64,000 nucleotides of DNA from Tubiluchus corallicola. Lineage: Eukaryota > Animalia > Priapulida. Shown piece after piece: positions 36,201 to 48,200 of the stretch (position 1 is the stretch's first letter; each line of letters opens with the position of its first letter). Position numbers and translations under genes: made by a program. A model generated the notes under the pieces. It saw nothing but the letters and a program-made list of their open reading frames with translations, made no database searches and was not told where the DNA came from. The stretch is from assembly GCA_030141605.1 (NCBI GenBank), contig JAQGDQ010000343.1:124001-188000 (forward strand). The letters run 5' to 3'.

Positions 36201-39200
36201 TCCGGGTAGGTTGAGTAAACAGTTGAGAGGTCACGGTGTATGCATGGTGGCTGCAGTTAAGCAATGCTAAGTCTTATCAGTGAATTGATGGGTGACCAGC
36301 TGGCTCAGTAATTGTTCTAGGCATAATTTAACATTTGCCATAGTGATTCTGGCTAAATCTAAATCCCAATAAGGGCGCGAATTTTTGAACTTCAGAAAGC
36401 GGCTTGACAAGTCTGCTGGTGCAGTGCCTCATTTAGGTTCAATTCCACCAAAGCTATCTGCATTAAATAACAGACCCTGACACCTAGTGCTGATTCCAGT
36501 TTTTTGTGTGCCGGCTGCCGAAGTGTAAAAAAGCCTTAGGTCCTTGTTGTTTTTAAATGTAAATCGTGGTCGTGTTTCTGTCCACTTGAGGTCCAGGAAG
36601 TAAGCTCTCTGTTCAGCCCAAATGACCCACAAGTGCCACTTAAACTGCGACTCTACCTTTTGTTACAATCAGCCTGGGGCTGGCGACTTTTAAAGTTCGT
36701 TGTCCTCTGTCATCTTAGCTAAATTTTAAATGTAAGCCCTGCGAGCACACCTCACGAATATCTGGTATACTGGTAGTGTTCAGAATAGATAATGAGAATT
36801 TTTCTTAATGGTTCAAATTCTGAAAGCAGTTAATACGTTACTTCATTTTTCTTTTTTTGTGAGAAAAGGAAATTTTAAAGTATTTCTCAAAAAAAAAGCT
36901 TTTCATACAAAGCTGTATTACTTATCGTTACGCTTGCTTGTTTCGGAAACTTGTGTAATTAGAAAAGAAAATTCTTACTAATTTAAAATATTCGCGCTAC
37001 CTAGTAAAACATCACTGCGTCTCCATCCCAGTGTGCACCACTGATTCACCAAAAACGTCTTATTGTCAGTAGACAGTAATTTAAACTTTTGCGTAGTTAT
37101 TAAAATGTGCGCCACGGATGACGTCATTGTTTTTTCAAACTTTACGCAAAGTTATTTAGCTTGTTTCAAACAACTTACCATCAAAATGGCTGCACCTAAC
37201 GGCCGTCTCGGGTGTTCAAATTCACAAGTTTTATACAACGTTACTGTTAACGCAAGCTCTGTGTGCAATAATACAGCATGTACGTGATATAAATTTCGAA
37301 ACGAATTCTTTAAGCTTCATTTATGAATAGTATTTACTTGTGCTGTAGTATTAGTATTGTTCGTCCTTTCTGTAGTGAGCTAAGTTTCTTCTTTAATTAA
37401 TGTATTTGCTTTAACTGCTTTAAAACGATGTGCTTAATCTATTGTATGTATTGACCATTTCCTGTAATAACTGCGCTTAAGTCAGATTGTCTTTCCGTTC
37501 TTCCGCCATCCTTTCACAGTCGGTCGTTTCACTGTATATTTCATGGCGATAATACTATTAGTCATTTCAGAACATTTGTAGAAATATGCTTTGTTATCTA
37601 TTTTGTCTTTTAGTTAGTGGGAAAATAAAATTACCCGTCTATTTATTTACTTATTCCCTTGTTTACTTTCTTACTTACTTGCTTACGATGTTTATCATCT
37701 TCATCTGTTCAAACGTTCGCGTCTGTCTGTTCTAATTTCGTCTTTATCTTTTGTCTCCCCCACCTCCATCTTAAATCTACTATTTGTAAGTCATCATTCT
37801 TAGGAATGTTTATGTAATCAGCTTATAAGTGTCCCACGTTTAATTTCTATTGTATGGAATTATTGCTGTGGGCTACGATGATTGTGTTAATTGTGCTGAA
37901 TAAGTACACGGTAATCGTCTGTTGAATATCAACTCTCATGGGCTAATGTGCTAACTGTTTTACACTTTGTAGCACGTCATGGTCACTCATGGCCACCACT
38001 GGCGTGCCCGAATCGTCGATTTTTAAGTTAAAGGAGAAACCGCTAGCAAGGTCTAGCTAGGTATTGCTAAGAAAGATAGTTAGTTTCAAGCAAGCAGAAA
38101 GAAATTAGTCAGTGAATGAAACTCGTAAAACATTTAAAGGAAAACCGGATGATTGTGTAAACACGAGTTCAGAATAAAGAATGTTCTAAAATATTGAAAA
38201 CTGCAATACCTTATTTCAAATCAAAGCTTAGATTAAATAATAATTACCTCGGATACTCAAATTTCGTTAAACTTTCAAAGCTACGCGCGGCTCAGTGCAT
38301 CTACTAAGATTGGCAGCGGCGCCTTTTTGTCACGTTCGCGTGGCCGACAAGTAGAAGGCGGTACAGTGATAACCATGATCGTGAACTGCAGTATTAATTT
38401 CTGACGTCATATGACGTAGAGCTCTTTTTCGTGACATCACGCGTTTAAGCAGTACTGTAACACGTATGCAAACGTGCTTGACTTGCAAGGGAAGATGCCT
38501 GCCATTGCACAAACTGCGGTTAGTTTCTGACGTAAGCAATAGCTGTGTTCGGTTGCCGTTAATTAACTTTCTAAGCTAATTATTCAAATATAAGGAACAA
38601 TTGTTAACTTTTATGGCCAAGAAAATGTATATTTTGGACTGTAAATTTAAATGAGATTGAGTCTAAACAATCGTCCGATCTTCCTTTAAAGGACAAGAAA
38701 ATAGGTGCCTGAAATAAGTTTCAGAAAAATCGTCTTAAAAAATTATATTACTTCATAGCAATTTTGTGGTTATATTATAGTCGCATTAAAAGGAACTTTT
38801 ATTTGTTTTCATTTTAAATTTCACGCAACACTGTTCCGACGGCGCCATTACATGACGTCACCTGCGCTAAAGTACTTTAGGGGAAGAAAAGGAAATGTTA
38901 AACTATGTCCCAAAAAACTTTCCATGCAAAGTTATGTTACCTGAAAGACTTGTGTAACTAGAAAAGAAAATTATTAATTATTTAAAATGCTTTCACCTAT
39001 TGGTTAAATGTCGCTGACTCACCCTCCAGGGTGCGCCACTCACTAAACAAAAACTTATTTTAATCTTATTGACAAGATACAGTAATTTCAAATTTTACTT
39101 AGTTAGTGACGTGTGCGCTACGAATGCTCTTGATTATTTTTTCAAACTTTGCTTAATGTTATCTAAACTTGTTTCAAACAACCTACCATTAAAATGGCTG

Positions 39201-42200
39201 CGCCTAACGGTCATCGCGAGAGTTTAAATTTACATGTTTTGTACAGCGTTACGGCCGACGCAAGCCCTGTGTGCAAAAAGCCAGTATGTAAGTGCTATAA
39301 ATTTTTAAGCCTTGTTTTCTTGTGCTTTAAATTACGATGACGTTTCCAATGAGATATGTTTCGACCAATGTAAGAAGAAACCTCGACCCTGATTCTAGAC
39401 AGCAATTAGACTAACAATCCAGCGTGCAATGATTACACTAACAGCTCAGTTTGCAATGGAGAATTCAGGTTACTAGTTGCTAGTAAAATGAGCGTTTACT
39501 TTGCCTTTAACCTGCAGTAACAAAGAAGACGGCCTTTCTTCTAAATAGGTCTGTGTCATAAGTCTATTCTAGCCTATTCTATTGCTGTCGATTCATTAGT
39601 GTTATGCTGTCCAGGTGTTATGCCTACCTCAGCCAACGTTAGTACAGATTTTTTATAAATCACGTGTTCCCAAGGAACGGAGTCTAAGCATCAAATTTGT
39701 GTTTTTCAGTGTTTTATATTTGCTTTGATAAGTGATAAATCATTTATTTCACGTGACACATTTACAATAGTTTCATGTACAATATCTAGTGAAAGGGCCT
39801 ACAATGGATATAATACAAATAAGAAATACTGCACAGGAAAAGCCTCAAACACTGTTCACCTGTATACAAATGTAAATGTGTTGCGGGCAATCAAAAAGCA
39901 GGGCTTGTTAGATTGTCCCAAACAGTGAAAGAAAAAAAAGTAATGGAGATAATCTGAAAATTTGAAGTGAATCGTATGATAAAAAAACATTAATGCTTAA
40001 AATGGAATGAAGCTCATATATGAGATGGATAAAAGATAGAAAGACTATTATTTGTTAATAGTATGTAAAATTAAGATAACTTGATTAAGTAACCACTGTT
40101 TTGCCACTACTGTGAGGATGGATACTGATAGAAGTTTTGATTACTCACTGATACTTATTTAAAATTTGATTTTTTAGCATTTTTTTAAATCTAGTGATAG
40201 ATCTGCTAGATAGATTTAGCAGTAATAAGAATGATTGAATGAATTTTTTGTATAGGTTGTATGGCGCACTACAGCTTTTAAAATCTCAGCAGAGTTGAAT
40301 AAAATACATTTAAAATTCATAAGACACGTTAAAATTTAAAACACATTAAAAATTAATTCATCATAAAAGTACAATCTAAACGGATGTGTTTTAGACGTTG
40401 TTTAAAAGAATCTAATCAATTTGTAGAACGTTTAGCAACAGGTACGTTATTCCAGAGATGTGGAGCACAGACAGACAGAGAAAGTTTTTTCACCATAAAA
40501 TACTGTATTAGGAATTGACTGATGTAAATGAATTTGTTCTCTAGCGTTAGAACGAAGTGTTCAGCCTACGTTACGGTGTATTCAAACATCCGTGAGATAT
40601 GCAGGTGTCAAAACAGGTAGTATTTTGTAGGTGAAACAAAAAATTTTAAATTGAATTCGCAACTTTATACGTAGCCATATTGTAACTCTCTTAGAATTTG
40701 TATCAGTTTCAAAGAAAATTTTTTCTTTTTGTTAGCGTTTTGCAAATTACGTGGTTTTACATGTAGATAATAATGGAAATATTAATTATTTCGTATAATT
40801 TTATCTAATATAAACTAAAGTCTTCTTACGTGTTCTAATCTTATATAACCTCGTCTGTAATACATTTAGATTTAGTCTAATCAAACGCACGTCTATAAAT
40901 TTGAAACCAGCAATTATTAGTAATTAAATCTGTATTATTTTAGTTTTCTGCAAACCGGTTTCAACCACTGAATAGCAGCTTAGTAGGTTGGCTGTGGTGC
41001 GGCAAGACAGGAATCTATCTCTCTATTAAGCTTAAGACTTTAAGATCAGACACTAAGCAGGCAGAGTGCTTAACAAAGTTTGGTTGCAGAAACACTGTAA
41101 TTGGCCCTCTAGGAGAGAATTAGGCGGGGCAAGTACTTGCAGGCATTCATTCCTGATGGTCATCCATCCACTTACTGGCCATATTCACTGCTTCGATTGC
41201 TAAACTTTAGCACGCTGTGTGATAATATTATTACTAGCGGTTTTCATTGCATTATAATTGCGAAATATCTTAAACTTTAATAAATAAACATCGTTAGCAT
41301 GAAACTGGTTTCAATTAAACGAATGAAATCATCTGATTTGAAATTTATCTGGGTTTGTGGTGCCACCTGGCGATTGTAGTTCGTACTTTAATCCTACAAT
41401 ATCAATTAAAGGTCCCGTGTGCAATAGGCAGCCACTCTGTGCTCGAGAGAAGCGTAGTAATTAAAGTTGTATTTGATGTAGTTGTATTGTTTTGTTGTCT
41501 AGCTTTTATTTTATTATAATACATACTAGCAAAGTTTAGCAAATCATTTGAACAAGGCCTGAAATGATTTTCGAGACCCGCAGTTAATTAAATTCTGATA
41601 TTTATTACTGGAAAAACAGGAAATGTGAAAAAAACTGGAACACGATCTGAATTTAGAAGGCTCGTAAGGCAGGCGACACGTTAGATTCCCGGGGCACAAT
41701 ATTTCACAGTAATCAGGGTACCTCAAATTTCATCTCTTATAAACTTTGGACTGCCTTCATTACTCGGAAATACCGTGGCTTAATGGTCTAAGGCATCTAC
41801 CACATAAGCAGAAGGTTTCTGGTTCAAATCTAGGCTGTTCAAGTTTTTTTTCGCATTTCCTTTTATCAAGTTGGTATCGAAATTTAATTATTTTTGGCAT
41901 TGCACCCCCATCAATATTCTTGACATTAGGATTATAATAATTACTTATTAGATCGTAATTTCAACTTTATAAGCTCTGGTTCAAATCTAGGCTGTTCAAG
42001 TTTTTTTTCACATTTCCTTTTATCAAGTTGGTATCGAAATTTAATTATTTTTGGCATTGCACCCCCATCAATAGTCTTGACATTAAGATTATAATAATTA
42101 CTTAATATATCGTAATTTCAATTCTATACGCATGGCTTATACATGTATTTCAGTAGTAGTTAGCCTTTTGTCAACGGTACATATGCTTTTACTCACCCAA

Positions 42201-45200
42201 TGCTTGTCATTCTGTCCAAGTCAATTTAGACGGCACTTTTTCTAGTGATCGTACGAATTTCACACGATTGGTTCAACACTTTGCCTCACTTTGAACAATA
42301 AACTAGCGAGATACTGATCACTCCACTACACTGATCATTCAGTACCTTCCACACCATACGTTCTTGTGTCTTTGCCAACATTGACTTGCCAGTCGAGGGG
42401 CGTAGTAATTTCCCATGCTTGAGTAAAGCTCTGTTTGACTCCCCGTCTTTCACGCAACGTTCACAATAGCTCTGTCTCATTAGGGGTGCCAATAGTTGAA
42501 TAATCACCTCAAAGAAACCGACCGTAGTCGTAAGTGGCGTCTTTTGTGCAAAAAAATCTGGGTTGCTGTCGTGAACTTAGCTCATATGCACTGAGTCAAG
42601 CCCTGGAAGGCATGAATGGCGTAGCAGCTCTAGTAGCTTTGGTTGTTATAGTAATTTAACCTGTCATTTTTCTAGGCGCAGGTTAAATACAGATCAAGCT
42701 GCGCTAATATAGAATATTGCAAAATCTCTGGGTGGCTTTAACGTAGGCTGTATCACATGTATTGAAGTTGCATGTACCGTACAGCAACAAGTTTACCATT
42801 ATGTTTGATGATTGAAAAAAAATTCAAAAATGAACTGAAAAATACTATACTAACCTTCAAAAAATAACTAATATAAAAATATCATACAAAACGTATTATC
42901 AACGTTGACCCACTAGTCTGTAGTTAGTGGCATATCAAAACCTGTGATGCATTAACATCATATCAATATATGAAAACCCTCCACACACAAGACACTCAAG
43001 TCACTAACACAAAACATCCATAAAGCACCTAATTTGAATTTCAATTTGTAAATATTGTGAAGTTTTAAAGGCTTAAATGAGTCTTAAGTTTTAATGTAAT
43101 TAATTACAATTTCACTTGTATTTTTAATTGTAAATTCATTTTTTAACATTATTGCTCACAGCACCGGAAACACTAATTACACCATCAATTTTTGAATGTA
43201 GTTTACAGTTCATCGACGTGTAAATTTTAACTGCAATAAAGAATTTTATTATTATTATATTATATCTCTTTGCAGCCGTCGCATACGGGGCAAAATCTGT
43301 ATGCAACAACGCGCGAGACAGATTTTTGCTTGCGTGTGCAACTCGATAAGTGCCGTTCATCCAGCTTTGCCGCACGCGGAATTTTATATTATTAAATTTC
43401 TGTTGCATACAAACTGATCCTGCTCCAGTGTGCGCGCTCAAAGCAACGATTTCTATCATACGAGATCATATCGGAATAATAAAAACCAAACGCCTTTGTC
43501 ACGTGTCAGTCTAGCACACGTTTGCTGTTGATTAACCGTACAAAAGTTGGTTCATATAAAACTTGCCTCGTGTGCACAAATTTTGTGTGATCGGTTTGCC
43601 GTGTGGCGGCCCCACGTTAGCAATTCATGAAGGTGTTACTTGGGATATGGTGCACTTACAACTTACTTTTGTCTTTAAAGGAAAACCGGATGACTGTTTA
43701 GCGTCAAACTCATATTAACTACAGTCCAATATATACATTTTCTTGCCTATGAAAATTAGCAATTGTTTCTAATATTTAAATGATTAGCTTAGAAAGTTAA
43801 TTAACGGCAACCGAACACAGCTATTGCTTACGTCAGAAACTAACCACAGTTTGCGCAATGGCAGGCGTCTTCCCTTGCGCATCACGCACGTTTGCGTAAG
43901 TGTTACTGTTTAAACGCATGATGTCACCAAAGTGGGCTCTACGCCATATGACGTCAGAAGCTAACACAGCAGTTCATGATCATGGTTATCATGGTACCGG
44001 CTTCTATTTGTCGGCCACGCGAATGTGACAAAAAGGTGCCGCTGCCAATCTCAGTAGATTCACTGAGCCGCGCGTAGCTTTGAAAGTTTAACGAAATTTG
44101 AGTATCTGATGCAATTATTGTTTTATGTAAGCTTCGATTTAAAAAAAGCTGTTGTAGTTTTCAATAATTTAGAGCATTATTTATTCTGAACTCGTGTTTA
44201 CACAATCATATAGTTTTCCTTTAAATTCTGTTTTCATTTTCTATTTTAGACGCGTGTTCAACAAGCTTTACAATTTCCCCTCTACGACAGATGTCGTGAA
44301 TTGCAGCACATTCTTGAAGATTCTACAACAAAGGTAATTACAGTCTGTTTATATAATTTACTTTACATGTTTCATACAAAGTAGTCTAGGAATTTAATAG
44401 CTTGCTTGTGTTACTGGAATTTTTCAGGCAAGAAGTTCAGTTCCGGTGACAAGTCTAAACAATGTGTGACATTAATAGGCTTTGATGTTACATATTACTG
44501 CTGAAATACATGTCTATTGGTTGTAATCATTCAAGCAATAATATGTAACATCAAAACCTATTAATGTTAGACATTGTTTAGACATACCAGCTGTCATTAC
44601 CTATATTGTAAAACTATTGTGTAAAAGCAGTACAGTTGTATCGTACAAAGTTGTAAGAACTACTTAAAACGCAAGAAAACGCGCTTCATAAATAAAGCTT
44701 GATATCACTTACATGCTATCTTATTGCATACAGTGCTTGCATTATCAGTAACACTGTAGTCAGTTATTAGTTATCAGTACTTAAAACACAAGAAAACTTG
44801 CTTCATAAATAAAGCTTGATATCACTTACATGCTGTCTTATTGCATACAGAGCTTGCATTATCAGTAACGCTGTATAAAACTTGCGAACTTAAACACCCA
44901 TAATGACCGTTGCGTGCAGCATAGGTCTTTTGAAACAAGTTTAGATATCATTGAATAAAGTTCTGAAGAAATAATCAGATCATTCGTAGCGCACTTTTCG
45001 CTAACTAAGCAAAACTTTAAGTTAAATGACCTTATATTGTCAATAAGATCAATAATGTGTGTTTTGGTGAGCCTGGCGAGGCAGTGCTGTTTTACCAGGT
45101 GGTGAAGAATTCTCTTTTCCAATTACACAAATGCTTCAAACAGATAAGTGTAATACTAAGTAATATAATTTTGTATGGTATGTTCTTTGTGGTATACTTT

Positions 45201-48200
45201 AAAAGTGCCTTTTCTTCCCCTTTGTGATATACTTTAAAAATGCCTTTTCTTCCCCTTTGTGATATACTTTAAAAGTGCCTTTTCTTCCCCTTTGTGGTAT
45301 ACTTTAAAAGTGCTTTTTCTTCCCCTTTAAACTTATTCATATGGAAAGAGACTTTTTGCTATTTATAATGATACTGCATTCGAATTTGTTCGTGTTGGAA
45401 CATGTGGGGGTTATAGGTATGCTATAGTTAGAAAATACAAGTTTTTTTTATAATTGCTGTACTAGTTTCTAGGCAGAAAAGTGGATAAGGAGTTTTAAAA
45501 TTAGATTTTTAAAATTTTTTGGACATTTTCCTTTCCTGATAATTTGATGTTAGAATAGAAAAGTTCAAGATATTTAGCATTTGTTTTCATAACAAACAAA
45601 AAAATCAACATTTGATAAAATTTTTGTTGCTTTCTACTTCATAGCATAGTTTTAACTATGCCAACTTGTGGATTTTTTTGGTTTGCACACACACAATTGG
45701 TAGTTTGGCTAGCTAGTTGGTTGGCTAGCTGCCTGGCTAGGGATGAGTCACTTGACTGGTAGTGTGAAAGTCATTTTGAAGTTGTTGTTCACTCACTTTG
45801 TTATGATTGAGTTTAGGCACAGAGTATGAATAAAAAAATCTATAATACATATTTGCACTGCAACAACAGAAAAGTGTTTATTAAAACTACAGAAACATGA
45901 GTAGCACAACTGCTGCACGGAACACTGAGAGTGAGAGTGACTAGAAAGCAAAAACAGTCAGTATATATAGGTATAGGACTTGACCTATGCAGATTTGCAC
46001 AGGCTTCACAACAACCATTACTTTAAAATAGGGAGAGGACCAGTGTTTATGCATTCACTGGACCATACAATTATACTGAGGGTAAGTCAGCTGGTAGAAT
46101 GTAACAGGATTAGCCCATAGATGGCAGCACCTAATTAAAATGTACAATTCCAACTTCCACAGGTAGATTCATATTTGCAAGTTTTCCTGGCAGTTGTTCT
46201 CATTTAAGCTTTAAAATTTGTGACATCTGAGAATGCAGTCAACTTCTATTAACCTATTTGTATTTTTCAGGATCTACACGCCGTTTTACCGGTCCTGGTC
46301 GAAAGCATATTTGGCTTGAATCAACCGCAGGGATGGGCTCTGAAATCCATCTCTGCGTCGTACCAACCTTACGACTTCCGGAGCATACGTTATTTTCTGT
46401 CGCCTCAGGGACCAATGCTGAGGATGGTCTATCGACTTCTCCTCGAGGACAATCAGAAGTTTGAGTTTCCTTATAGATGTCTGCCTGTATGTTAGTTTGA
46501 TGTCATAATGTTGTTTGGTGGCACTTACTGCCTAGGTGACCTTGGCAGCTGGCTCATTAACGAGGTCCATCAGATCTCCAGTGGGTCACAGCAATGTCAG
46601 GTCCTTGACGCAAGCGAGATGAGGGCGCCCGTAGGTGACCATGGCAGCTAGCTCATTAACGAGGTCCATCAGATCTCCAGTGGGTCACAGCAATGTCAGG
46701 TCCTTGACGCAAGTGAGATGAGGAGGCCCGTAGGTGACCATGGCAGCTAACTCATTAACGAGGTCCATCAGATCTCCAGTGGGTCACAGCAATGTCAGGT
46801 CCTTGACGCAAGCGAGATGAGGGGGCCCGTAGGTGAGGCTAGTTTTTTGGCGGAGGCACTGGTAAGGATTTATCTGGTTGGGATGGACTCATTCAGACAT
46901 GCCAGATGACCGAGTCTGTTATGTAATTTTTCATTGCTGACAAAATGTAGTACACGGTGCACAGACAATTTCTGGATGCTGGTCACTAGAATTGGCCTGC
47001 CACAAATTTCACTTTTATGTGGTTGTTTAAACAAATATTTTGCATTCGTATGACATTTCATAAACAACTTTTGCTTGCAAAAACACGAAGCCATCTGTAA
47101 AGAGTTGCTGAAACGTTCCGTCTCCTCTAACAATGTCATAAGATATCAGCTAAAGTGGTGTTTACCCAGAATCCGGATGCGGATGTGTTTTCCACCTGTA
47201 GAACAGTGTACGGAATAGCTTGTAGAAAAAAATCAACAGGAATATCTGCTGAAAAAGAACAACGCAGGGCGCATAGACGGGTGCATTGAAAACAATTTAA
47301 ACCAATTTTATCTATTTTGTACCTCCACAAAATACATATGCGTCTGGATGCTGGGTAAACACCACTTAAATGTATGTAGCATTGGTGTATCACGTGATCA
47401 CTAGCTAGTAGCTATAATACCTGAAGACACTGGTTCAATTCTTGACTTTGGAATTTACGTCAGTTTGAGTCCTTCTTTTCTCTAGCCCACTCTTTTGAGA
47501 GATTTTTTTCTCTAAACTTTTTTCATACATTTCTTCATTATTAATTTATATTAGTATTATATATTATTATATTATGTTATGTTATGTTATGTTATGTTAT
47601 GTTATGTTATGTTATGTTATGTTATGTTATGTTATGTTATGTTATGTTATGTTATGTTATGTTATGTTATGTTATGTTATGTTATGTTATGTTATGTTAT
47701 GTTATGTTATGTTATGTTATGTTATGTTATGTTATGTTATGTTATGTTATGTTATATATTATATTATATTATATTACATTATATTATTATATATGTATGT
47801 TAATTTATAATTTATTTATCAATTACTTTGCAGATAGCAGCTTGTCATATTTGTTAAACTTTGTTTACGTGTAATTTGTTTTTTGTTTGCTGTTGTTTAG
47901 TGGCCATCAAGAAGATTAATAGAAGACGGCGCCATCCCCGTGCTTTACATTAGCAAGTTGCAGTTTCTTCGTCATCGCCATCTAGTGGAGTTTGTTCTAC
48001 TTAGTATCCTTTATTCATTCTTTCCGAAATCATTTTACTTTGCTTCTGGCTAAAATCGCATAAGATCAGTGGTATTTGTATAATTGGTTTTTTAATTCGG
48101 TAAGTGTGGAAATTCTCAAATTTCTAAAATTTTAAGTATGCGTATCAGGGGCAGATACAGCCTTTAGAAAAACGGGTGGACCCAGGAAAAAAGCTCCTTT

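Noticed and set aside
41771-41845. Functional tRNA gene
   Set aside because: A/B boxes present but acceptor stem does not pair; flanks behave like a repeat
46533-46836. Hammerhead ribozyme in the 99-bp repeat (minus-strand CTGATGG plus hairpin)
   Set aside because: Core is CTGATGG rather than CTGANGA and no GAAA follows the stem
47574-47874. MLCYV-repeat ORFs
   Set aside because: Translation of (TTATG)n
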